From positions 1 to 37,874 of the forward strand of contig JAITQH010000027.1 of assembly GCA_031288985.1 (NCBI GenBank): 37,874 nucleotides of DNA, read 5' to 3'. This DNA comes from Candidatus Methanoplasma sp. Its GTDB lineage: Archaea; Thermoplasmatota; Thermoplasmata; Methanomassiliicoccales; Methanomethylophilaceae. Both the position numbers and the translations under genes were made by a program. Within the stretch, counting starts at the first letter, position 1, and the number at the start of each line of letters is the position of its first letter. This document shows, piece after piece, positions 29,741 through 37,874 of the stretch. A model generated the notes under the pieces. That model did no database searches. It saw only the letters and a program-made list of their open reading frames with translations, and had not been told where the DNA came from.

Positions 29741-30860
29741 GGGCGAGTGGTCGGAAGTATACGCACTGCTGCGGATGCTGGCCGACGGGCGTGTTTACGA
29801 GGCCGACGGCAACGGAGAGAAGACAGACAAATTCTACAGTATATTATGTATACTTGTCAGAGAGGGAGGCAGGACGATCGAATACGGTCTTGACGAGGAA
29901 GAGAATCGGACCGTTGACGGCGAGGCGCTCATCGATGCAACGTCCAAGAAGATATCGGAAGAGGCGGAATACCTGTTCCACAGGATATGCGAGGGCGCAA
30001 ACAAAAAGGGAGCATTCGGCGTGGAACGCACGGAGGCGTTTCTGAAGAAGCTTCACCGCAGCGGACTCAAAGCCCCTTCGGGCGATAAATCCGACGTCCG
30101 CCTAAAGGTCCACGATCCGTACACAGGAAAGGATCTGACGCTGGGATTCGGCATAAAGTCTATGGTGGGCAACCCTCCGACCCATGTCAATGCATCCGGA
30201 TCCACAAACTTTCTCTTTCGGACGGACGGCGACGTAAAACAGGAATGGATCGACGGATCCAAAAAAGAGGAGGGCGGCAAAGAAAAGAGCAAAGTGGGCC
30301 AACTGTGCAGAGATATGCACGGCGCGGGCGTCGCGTTCAGACTTCTCGGAGCGGACAATCACAACATGCAGGAGAATCTGATACTGTTGGACGACGGTCT
30401 CCCCGAGATCGTCGGAGAAATGCTGAAACTCCACTATTGCGAAGGCATATCCGACATCGAGAAACAGATATCGGTGCTGGCCGAAAGGAATCCGCGCAGA
30501 TATCCGGGATGCCGTCCGTACTATGAGCTGAAGATAAAGAAAATGTTGTCGGCATATGCTTTGGGAATGAATTCGGCAAAGCCCTGGGACGGAAAAGAAG
30601 ATGCGAACGGCGGATACATAATCGTCAACAGAGACAACAGTGTTGTCTGCTACAGCACCCACAACCGCAACGATTTTGAAGATTATTTAGTGAAACACAC
30701 AAAGCTGGAAACACCGTCCACGGGAAGGCACGGGTTCGGGGAGATAACCAAGCGGTGCGACGGGACCAACACGATCAAACTCAACCTCCAGATCAGGCTG
30801 AGGAACGGGTCCGACGCGAACATCGTACCGGAACCCCGCAGGCGGCAGACAACATTGTGA
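29721..30860 (+). CDS. HpaII-family type II restriction endonuclease
   Basis: GNKGEWSEVY, KSD, GFGIKS, NAS.STNF, ALGM, W.G...ANGGYIIV, TKLETPSTGRHGFG and KLNLQIR. Overlaps the MTase gene. Confidence 0.92.
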   Translation: MPLSGNKGEWSEVYALLRMLADGRVYEADGNGEKTDKFYSILCILVREGGRTIEYGLDEEENRTVDGEALIDATSKKISEEAEYLFHRICEGANKKGAFGVERTEAFLKKLHRSGLKAPSGDKSDVRLKVHDPYTGKDLTLGFGIKSMVGNPPTHVNASGSTNFLFRTDGDVKQEWIDGSKKEEGGKEKSKVGQLCRDMHGAGVAFRLLGADNHNMQENLILLDDGLPEIVGEMLKLHYCEGISDIEKQISVLAERNPRRYPGCRPYYELKIKKMLSAYALGMNSAKPWDGKEDANGGYIIVNRDNSVVCYSTHNRNDFEDYLVKHTKLETPSTGRHGFGEITKRCDGTNTIKLNLQIRLRNGSDANIVPEPRRRQTTL

Positions 30861-30898
30861 ATACAAACGTCTAAAAGCCACGAGCACATCGTCCGTTC

Positions 30899-31579
30899 AT
30901 GGCGCTGCATGACCGCTGGGTACAGGAGAGGAAGCACGAGCATTATTACAAGCTCGCCAAAAAGCTCAACTACCGCTCCCGCGCGTCGTTCAAACTCATG
31001 CAGCTGGACAACCGTTTCTCCATATTCCGCGAGGGAGACTCCGTGGTGGATCTCGGCGCCAGCCCCGGCGGGTGGCTGCAGGTCGCGAAGGAGCGCACAG
31101 GCGAGAGCGGAAAGGTCATAGGCGTGGATCTCAGACCGATAAGGCCCATGGAAGGAACGGTCACCATCATCGGGGACATCACCGACGACAACACCATGGC
31201 CGAACTCCTGGAGAAGTTCGGAGGGAAGGCGGACGTGGTCCTCTCGGACATGGCGCCCAACATCGCCGGCCATTATTCCACGGACCATGCGCGGTCGATA
31301 GAGCTGTGCATGTTCGCGGTGGACGTGTGCGACCGCGTCCTGAAAAGGAACGGGATATGCGTGATGAAGGTGTTCATGGGGGACATGATGGGCATTCTCA
31401 CAAAAGAACTGGAAAGAAGGTTCCGATCCGTGAGGGTGACATCCCCCGACGCATCCCGCGACACATCCTCGGAAGTGTACGTCGTGGCCAAAGGATTCCT
31501 AGCATCGTCGAACATAAAGCCTGCGGCCGTCAAGACGAGAGAGAAGAAGCCGGAGTTCACGGTCAAAGGAAATATCTGA
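30899..31579 (+). CDS. rlmE: 23S rRNA Um2552 2'-O-methyltransferase RlmE/FtsJ
   Basis: YRSRASFKL, VDLGASPGGW, GVDL, GDIT, SDMAP, KVF and SSEVY. Confidence 0.96.
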   Translation: MALHDRWVQERKHEHYYKLAKKLNYRSRASFKLMQLDNRFSIFREGDSVVDLGASPGGWLQVAKERTGESGKVIGVDLRPIRPMEGTVTIIGDITDDNTMAELLEKFGGKADVVLSDMAPNIAGHYSTDHARSIELCMFAVDVCDRVLKRNGICVMKVFMGDMMGILTKELERRFRSVRVTSPDASRDTSSEVYVVAKGFLASSNIKPAAVKTREKKPEFTVKGNI

Positions 31580-34324
31580 TCAATCCCAGAACCTTTTCGT
31601 TTTGGCGTACTGTATCTCTGCGTTCATGATGTCGCGGAGAAGATCGTCCTCGTCGATGTGCATGCTCCGCAGTATCCTGGACGCGCTGTCCGGGCCTATC
31701 CCCCGCCCCGCAAGCACCATGGCCGCCCTCCCGCCGTACTCGTTCACAAGGTTGGCGTTTCTGGACACCCGGAGGGCGTCCTTCTTCTCCCCGTCGCTGT
31801 GGGCGCTCTGCCTGAACGTCTTTATGCCGTCGCGCTCGTAGCTCTTCAGCAGCGCGATCATGCGCCCTCCGCAGGACATGCAGGCAAAGCGTTTCGGGGC
31901 CTCCGACACCTTCACCCTCCACTGGAACGCGCAGCTGAGGCACGACGCGAACAGCGTCTCGTCCTCCAGGCGCTTCTTCATCGCCATGAGGATGGCATGG
32001 TCGGCGCGCACCGGCTGCATCAGCTCCTTCGAGCGGACGATGCCCTCCATGCCGATGGGCGATATCTGAGAAAGAACGATCTCGATCGAACCTTTGGACA
32101 TGTGCGATATGACGAGTTCCGTGTTCTCGATGTCCAGATCCTCCCACAACACCATGTTCACTGCTTCGGCGTATGCGGGCGTGTCCTTGTGCAGCTCGAA
32201 CAGACGGTTGAAATTCATATAACGGTGGTCTGCCCCCTTTTCGATTATGCCGAACTTCTTGGCGACGTGGACGAACCGCCATTTGAGGTACGACGAGTTC
32301 AGGACGGTGATCCTGGAAAGGGCCTCCACGGTCCCGGGCTTGATGGAGGTCAGAGTGGCCAGCAGGATCTTCTTGTCAACGCTGCGGGGGAGTTCCAAGA
32401 TTATCCTGTACGGATCGGCGGTCACCCCTATGCTCTCCCCGAGGCGGGCGGTGAGGAGCGCGGCGAATATCTTGCTCAGGGTCTCGTTGACCTTTGTGCC
32501 GAAGCAGCAGTTCAGTATGGCCAGACGGTCGCCGACCTCAAGGGTCACGGTCTTGTCTGTGGGTACGGGCCACCTCTCCTTCTGTTCGTCTATGTACGCC
32601 GTTATGCGGTCCCTGCAGGATCTGTCCCCCGGATATCTTTCGAGGTCCATCTTCCGGCGCATTCGGCCGACTTCCATGGCGACCTCGAACGGCACGGGGA
32701 TGTCGGAGCCGGCCCAGGACGGGACGGAACCCACGTCTCTCGCCTCCTCCACAAGGAGTTCGTCCTCCCTCATCTCGATTATGCGCCATGTGCGCCCCTT
32801 GGCTATGAACATCGCGTACTGCTCCGCGAAGGAGACCACAAAACTTTCGTCGAGGGTGCCGATGACAGCTCTGGAACCTATATCTCTTACAAGATACGTC
32901 TTCTCGTCCGGGATCATGGAGATGTTCTCGTAGAAATAGCTCATGCCCTTCTTCGAGCGGCGGAAACCGTCGTCGTCCTCGAATATTAACTTAATTGATT
33001 TCAGTTCTTCCAGAACGGCGTCCATGTCGTCTCTGCTCAGGGTCCTGAACGCGGACGACCGCCTGAAGATCCGATATGCCGTGTCCCTGTCCACCCTGGC
33101 GCTCATGGTCATGGCGATGAGCTGGTTGGCCAGGACCGTGAACGGGTTGGGCCTTCCGGGAAAGTACTCAAGCTCCTTCGCATCGCTCCTCCGCGCTATG
33201 ACCATGCCCTCGGCAACTTCGTCCGGGGCCGTGGCGAGTATGACCGACCTGATCTTCCCCCCGATCCTGTGCCCGGCGCGGCCGGCGCGCTGGATCATGC
33301 GCGACACTTCCCTCGGGGAGTTGTACTGTATCACCAGGTCCGCTGAGCCTATGTCGATGCCCAGTTCGAGGGACGAGGTGCATATGACGGCTTTGAGATC
33401 CCCTGTCTTGAAACGATCTTCAATATCCGTCCTGGTATCCTTCGACAGGGAGCCGTGATGCACGTCGATCGAGAAGTTCTCGTCCCACATCCTGTAACGG
33501 GCGGCAAGCCACTCGGCGGTCTCCCTGGTATTGACGAACAGCAGAGTGGAGCGGCCTCCCTCGATGAGTTCTCTGGCCCTCTTCATGACCGCCAGGATCT
33601 CCGGGTCGCTTTGAAGCCTATCCATCAATACAGCGTCCGCTTCATCGGGTTGGGGGCATTCCACGCTTATGTCGAATTCGCGGTGTGTGTCGTGTTTGCA
33701 GACGACAACCTCCCTTCCCACCCCTGCGAGGTAGTCTCTGATGTCGTTCACGCTTCCCACGGTGGCCGAGAGGCCGATCCTTTGGAACTCTCCGCAGATC
33801 GCCGCAAGCCTTTCGAGGGCGACGCTGAGCTGCGCCCCCCTTTCCGTCCCCGCCAGCTCATGCACCTCGTCCACCACGACCCACTCGATGTTTTTCATAT
33901 GGGCCCTGAGGTTCTTGCCCGTGAACATGACCTGAAGGGTCTCGGGGGTGGTGATCAGAACATCCGGCGGATTCTTGGACTGTCTGTTCCTCTCGCTCTG
34001 ATCGGTGTCTCCGTGCCTGACGCCCACCGTCACGCCCACCGCCTTCCCGTATTCCTCCATCCTCTTCAGCATGTCGCGGTTCAGAGCGCGGAGAGGCGTG
34101 ATGTACAGGCATCTTATCCCGCTCCCGCCCTTGGTCCTGAACATGGAGTCGAATATGGGAAGCATGGCCGCCTCGGTCTTCCCTATGCCTGTCGGCGCCA
34201 CCAAAAGAACGTTGCCGCCCGCGGCGATCCTGGGCATCACGTCCTTCTGCGGCTCTGTGGGTTCGAGGATCCCCCGTTCTTTCAGGGATGCGGCGAGTTC
34301 CGGGCACAGAGCGTCAAAGGACAT
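31580..34324 (-). CDS. Second Lhr-like SF2 helicase with a C-terminal Zn ribbon
   Basis: APTGIGKT, YITPLRALNRD, ITTPET, DEVH, GLSAT, SLELGIDIG and QRAGRAGH; C-terminal CLSC...CMSC and GRGIGP. Start at ATG 34324. Confidence 0.93.
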   Translation of the reverse strand: MSFDALCPELAASLKERGILEPTEPQKDVMPRIAAGGNVLLVAPTGIGKTEAAMLPIFDSMFRTKGGSGIRCLYITPLRALNRDMLKRMEEYGKAVGVTVGVRHGDTDQSERNRQSKNPPDVLITTPETLQVMFTGKNLRAHMKNIEWVVVDEVHELAGTERGAQLSVALERLAAICGEFQRIGLSATVGSVNDIRDYLAGVGREVVVCKHDTHREFDISVECPQPDEADAVLMDRLQSDPEILAVMKRARELIEGGRSTLLFVNTRETAEWLAARYRMWDENFSIDVHHGSLSKDTRTDIEDRFKTGDLKAVICTSSLELGIDIGSADLVIQYNSPREVSRMIQRAGRAGHRIGGKIRSVILATAPDEVAEGMVIARRSDAKELEYFPGRPNPFTVLANQLIAMTMSARVDRDTAYRIFRRSSAFRTLSRDDMDAVLEELKSIKLIFEDDDGFRRSKKGMSYFYENISMIPDEKTYLVRDIGSRAVIGTLDESFVVSFAEQYAMFIAKGRTWRIIEMREDELLVEEARDVGSVPSWAGSDIPVPFEVAMEVGRMRRKMDLERYPGDRSCRDRITAYIDEQKERWPVPTDKTVTLEVGDRLAILNCCFGTKVNETLSKIFAALLTARLGESIGVTADPYRIILELPRSVDKKILLATLTSIKPGTVEALSRITVLNSSYLKWRFVHVAKKFGIIEKGADHRYMNFNRLFELHKDTPAYAEAVNMVLWEDLDIENTELVISHMSKGSIEIVLSQISPIGMEGIVRSKELMQPVRADHAILMAMKKRLEDETLFASCLSCAFQWRVKVSEAPKRFACMSCGGRMIALLKSYERDGIKTFRQSAHSDGEKKDALRVSRNANLVNEYGGRAAMVLAGRGIGPDSASRILRSMHIDEDDLLRDIMNAEIQYAKTKRFWD

Positions 34325-34368
34325 TTGCAAAAAGAGATCCGCCGGGGTTCGGCCCCGGCGGTCAAAAA

Positions 34369-36099
34369 TCACTTCTTATGTTTCCTGAGGGTCTTGAGAT
34401 TTTCCTTCACGGCCGCGCGGATCTCTGCGGCCTGGGACTCTCCGTCCGTCACGTCCTTCTCCAAGAAGGAAAGGACAGCCCACCCGTCGTTCTCTGCGGC
34501 GGCCCTGTCGGATGCGTTGACGCTCTCGCCGTCCTTCAGGACGTAGACCGCGACCTTCGACTTCACGAATGCCACGGGTATGGCGTAGGGGCCGTAGTCC
34601 TTCCTGCACCGCAGACCTTTGTTCCATGCGGCCCTTCTGATCAGGGCGCCGGGGGACATGTCGGTGAACGCGTCCTCAAAGACCTCGTCGTCGGATGCGT
34701 CTGCGTCCGCCAAAGGTTCCGGCTCTGCGGCCGTTGAAAGTTCAGCGGCGGGAACGGCCTTCGGGGCCTCAACAACCGGCTTGGGTTCCGCCTTCGGAGC
34801 CTCAACAACGGGCTTGGCCGCAATGGGCGCTTCCGCCTTCGGAGCCTCGGCAACGGGCTTGGGTTCCGCCTTCGGAGCCTCGGGTTTTGCCTCCACCGGA
34901 GCGGTGACGGCCAAAAGGACCTCGCTGAGATCCATGACCTTGATCTTGGAGCCGATCTTCTTGGCCCCCTGAGAAAGGTTCGTGACGCAGAAGGGGCAGC
35001 AGGTGACGATGATGTCCGCACCCGTCGCCTCGGCCTCCCTCACCCTGTCCACGGCGACGTTGACCGCGAAGTCGTTGTATTGACTCTTGTACCCGCCTCC
35101 GGCGCCGCAGCACCCTGAGTTCTCTCTCGTTCTCTCCATCTCCACGAGTTCTATGCCTTTGATCTTCTTCAGCACGTTTCTGGGGGGGTCGAACACTCCC
35201 ATGTGCCTGCCCATGTGGCAGGGGTCGTGGTATGTGACCTTTGCCTTGAATTCGTGGTTGAGCGGAAGTTTGCGGGCGTTGATGAGCATTTCCGCGTACT
35301 GCGAGAAGTGATAGACGTTCTGCCCCACCCTCGCATAGAACTTTCCGAAGTCGGACGAGATGGTCTTGTAGCACCCGGAACAGGTCATGACCATGTCTTT
35401 GGCGCCCATGCCGTCCGCCTTCTCCACGATGGTCTCCGCGCACTCCAGCGACGAGTCGTGGGTGCCGGTCCTCAGAAGCGGGGAGGAGCAGCACCACTCT
35501 TCCGTTCCGAGGGAGCTTATTTTGACTCCTCCTCTGGCCAGTACGCGCACTCCCATCTGGGGAACCGTGGGCAGTCTGTACGCTCCGGTGCATCCTGCGA
35601 AGAATATGACGTCGGGGACCTCTGCCTTCTCGACCTCTTTGGGCCACCAGTTGTCCCTCTTCTCGGTGGGTTCGCCGTAGGGATTGTGGACCTTTGCGAC
35701 CTTCGCCGCCATGCTCTTGTGGGCGGACATGGGGCCGGCTCCCTGCTCGACGATCCATTTTCTCATGGTCTCCCAGAACTCCACCAGGTGTATGTTCGCA
35801 TGGCATACGACCTCGCAGTTCCCGCATCCGGTGCATCTGTACATCGCATCGACGAAGTACGGGTTCAGCGTGACCTCTTTCTTCAGGGCCTTGTCGAGGC
35901 CGCCTGCGCTGTAAAGCTGGTTGATGTAGTAGATCTTTCCTCTGGGGGTGACGGACTCCCAAGGCGTCTGGTTGTGGGCCTCGCAGACGTTTATGCAATA
36001 TCCGCACTGAAGACAAGCCGTGAGCTCCTTCTCTATGCGCGGCATCTTTGTAAATTTCGGAAGTTTGTCCTTTATACTGATGCGCGGTGCTTTGATCAT
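34369..36099 (-). CDS. HdrD/GlpC-like Fe-S oxidoreductase (two 4Fe-4S motifs, two CCG domains) with a repeat linker and a C-terminal Vsr-like domain
   Basis: CLQCGYCINVC, CTGCGNCEVVC, FAGC, WCCSSP, TCSGC, YHDPCH, CCGAGGG and CCPFC. GGAGG SD precedes ATG 36099; 576 aa. Confidence 0.88.
   Translation of the reverse strand: MIKAPRISIKDKLPKFTKMPRIEKELTACLQCGYCINVCEAHNQTPWESVTPRGKIYYINQLYSAGGLDKALKKEVTLNPYFVDAMYRCTGCGNCEVVCHANIHLVEFWETMRKWIVEQGAGPMSAHKSMAAKVAKVHNPYGEPTEKRDNWWPKEVEKAEVPDVIFFAGCTGAYRLPTVPQMGVRVLARGGVKISSLGTEEWCCSSPLLRTGTHDSSLECAETIVEKADGMGAKDMVMTCSGCYKTISSDFGKFYARVGQNVYHFSQYAEMLINARKLPLNHEFKAKVTYHDPCHMGRHMGVFDPPRNVLKKIKGIELVEMERTRENSGCCGAGGGYKSQYNDFAVNVAVDRVREAEATGADIIVTCCPFCVTNLSQGAKKIGSKIKVMDLSEVLLAVTAPVEAKPEAPKAEPKPVAEAPKAEAPIAAKPVVEAPKAEPKPVVEAPKAVPAAELSTAAEPEPLADADASDDEVFEDAFTDMSPGALIRRAAWNKGLRCRKDYGPYAIPVAFVKSKVAVYVLKDGESVNASDRAAAENDGWAVLSFLEKDVTDGESQAAEIRAAVKENLKTLRKHKK
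34757..34893 (-). repeat. Intragenic imperfect tandem repeat (about 33-nt unit; EAPKAEPKPVV)
   Basis: Four copies of GCCTTCGG(A/G)GCCTC on the + strand, encoding EAPKA in the HdrD-like linker. Confidence 0.9.
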
Positions 36100-36310
36100 T
36101 AATTTGTGCCTCCGTTTATGAGAAGGAACTCTTTCCGAGTTCTGTGACTTATTCAAGAAAAACGCACGCACATATATTAAGGCTTTTGAGAATTTCCGCG
36201 TGGCACTGTAGAACGCTCGGCGTTTGCGTGCGCCGAGGGCCGCTTTCGGGCGTTTTCGCAGGCGTTCGGAAGCATAAAGATAAAACCGCATGTAATCCAT
36301 CCCTCCCGCG

Positions 36311-37873
36311 ATGGATGTTCTCGATCTGAAGGTTGCAAAGGCGAAAAGGCAGTCCGAGGCCGGATACGGAAGAGCGCGCATGGACGAAGCGTCCAGATTC
36401 CAACTGGGCCTGGAGATCGGAGATGCGGTGGAGATAGCCGGCAAGAAGACGATCGTGGCCAAGGTCTTCAAGGGCGAGAGCGAGGATCGGGGGCAGCAGA
36501 TAATAAGGATAGACGGACCCACCCGGACGGGTGCGGGGATAGGCGTCGACGACGTCGTCAAGGTCCGCAGGATCGGCGTCTCTTACGCCGACAGGGTGGT
36601 CCTCGTTCCGAAGGCCGCGATGTCCAAATCGGCATTCGGCCCCGGGACGGACGCAGTGTTCAGAAGCGGGCTTCTCGGCCGTCCGCTGCTGAAGGGAATG
36701 GACATACACATACCCAACATAGCCCTGATGGGGAACCGCACGATGTTCAGCGTTGCGTCCACGTCGCCGCAGGGGCCTGTGGAGGTCACCGCAGACACCC
36801 AGATAACTATGAAAGATGCGCCGCCGGACGCGGCGGAAGAAAGAGCATGCGGTTGCGTGACATACGACGACATCGGAGGCTTGGACGACAAGCTGGGTCG
36901 GATAAGGGAGATGATAGAGCTTCCGCTGAAGCATCCGGAACTCTTCGAGAGGATGGGCATATCTCCGCCGAAGGGCGTGCTTCTCTACGGTCCGCCCGGG
37001 ACTGGAAAGACGCTGATAGCGGAAGCGGTCGCGAACGAGTCAGGCGCCGCGATATTCTCGGTGCGCGGACCCGAAATAATGAGCAAGTTCTATGGTGAAT
37101 CCGAGGAGAAGCTGAGGCAGATATTCAAAGAGGCGGAAAAGCAGGCGCCGAGCATAGTGTTCCTGGACGAACTGGATTCCATAGCGCCGGACAGGGACAG
37201 CTCCAGAGGCGAGGCCCCTGTCCGCGTGGTGTCCCAGCTCCTCACGCTCATGGACGGCATGGGCGGGGAGAGCGGCGTGATCGTCATAGGCGCCACCAAC
37301 CGCGAGAACTCCATCGACCCGGCGCTGAGAAGGCCCGGAAGATTCGACAGGGAGATAGAGATAGGCGTGCCGGGAAGGGCGGGGCGGAAGGATATTCTTG
37401 ACGTGCACACCAGGGACATGCCGCTCGGCGGGGATGTCGACACGGAGGCGCTGGCAGGCGCCACCCAGGGATTCGTCGGCGCCGACCTGTCCGCGCTTGC
37501 GAGGGAGGCGGCCATGAAGTGTCTGAGCAGGCATCTGCCGTCCCTGGATCTCGACGGCCCGATACCCCCGGAGGCCCTTTCGGCCATGAAGGTGACCATG
37601 AGCGACTTCACGGAGGCCCTTTCGGGCATAGAACCCAGCGGGATGAGGGAGGTGGCGGCGGAGATACCGAAGGTCACATGGGAGGACATCGGCGGGCTGG
37701 AGGACATAAGAAGAGAGCTGGAAGAGGTGTTCCTGCCGTCCGAGGACGCCAAGGCCTTCGAGCGTCTGGGGATCAAGCCCGGCAGATCGGTGCTTCTCTA
37801 CGGCCCCCCCGGGACGGGAAAGACGCTGATCGCAAAAGCGGTGGCCAACGGCGCCGGGACCAACTTCATATCC
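36311..37873 (+). CDS. cdc48: Cdc48/VAT AAA+ ATPase (3'-truncated by window; absent from the ORF track)
   Basis: N-domain GYGRARMD...[15 protein letters not shown]1 [40 protein letters not shown], and D2 [11 protein letters not shown], all in one frame. Confidence 0.95.
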   Translation, partial: MDVLDLKVAKAKRQSEAGYGRARMDEASRFQLGLEIGDAVEIAGKKTIVAKVFKGESEDRGQQIIRIDGPTRTGAGIGVDDVVKVRRIGVSYADRVVLVPKAAMSKSAFGPGTDAVFRSGLLGRPLLKGMDIHIPNIALMGNRTMFSVASTSPQGPVEVTADTQITMKDAPPDAAEERACGCVTYDDIGGLDDKLGRIREMIELPLKHPELFERMGISPPKGVLLYGPPGTGKTLIAEAVANESGAAIFSVRGPEIMSKFYGESEEKLRQIFKEAEKQAPSIVFLDELDSIAPDRDSSRGEAPVRVVSQLLTLMDGMGGESGVIVIGATNRENSIDPALRRPGRFDREIEIGVPGRAGRKDILDVHTRDMPLGGDVDTEALAGATQGFVGADLSALAREAAMKCLSRHLPSLDLDGPIPPEALSAMKVTMSDFTEALSGIEPSGMREVAAEIPKVTWEDIGGLEDIRRELEEVFLPSEDAKAFERLGIKPGRSVLLYGPPGTGKTLIAKAVANGAGTNFIS

Positions 37874-37874
37874 G

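Noticed and set aside
34757-34893. CRISPR-like array
   Set aside because: Units are in-frame coding repeats with related spacers, and no cas genes are present.
36100-36561. N-terminal extension of the HdrD-like ORF to 730 aa
   Set aside because: It runs through the divergent promoter and antisense to cdc48; a GGAGG SD supports ATG 36099.

Overview
Chromosomal window from a GC-rich archaeon, most consistent with a Methanomassiliicoccales (Thermoplasmata) methanogen. The evidence is archaeal MCM, NMD3, DUF424, DUF531 and Cdc48/VAT, a bacterial-type gyrBA pair, an HdrD-like CCG protein, TATA-box promoters, and no TAG stop among 34 called genes. The housekeeping backbone is wHTH-mcm-DUF424-nmd3, a two-subunit fumarase, a very long Lhr helicase, ogg, nfo, tRNA-Thr(CGT), thiC, gyrB-gyrA, tRNA-Phe(GAA), DUF531, purM, rlmE, a second Lhr, an hdrD-like gene and cdc48. 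Three accessory patches interrupt it. (1) 1-3420: the end of a Firmicutes-style peptide/bacteriocin export locus (ABC transporter, GyrI/DUF5085-like, HlyD) plus two membrane proteins. (2) 15941-16999: an unannotated, translationally coupled cassette between ogg and nfo that looks like a chaperone remnant, an antitoxin-like gene and an ADP-ribosyltransferase-like toxin. (3) 26209-30860: MNT-HEPN, an SDR and a vsr + HpaII-type (CCGG) restriction-modification operon whose TATA box is bracketed by two CCGG sites. Other signals are a degenerate Vsr-like domain fused to the HdrD-like protein, a 100-nt tRNA-like fold ending in ACCA upstream of the mcm operon, and a Z-DNA-prone tract beside the gyrB TATA box. 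All family calls come from motif recognition by eye; no searches were run.
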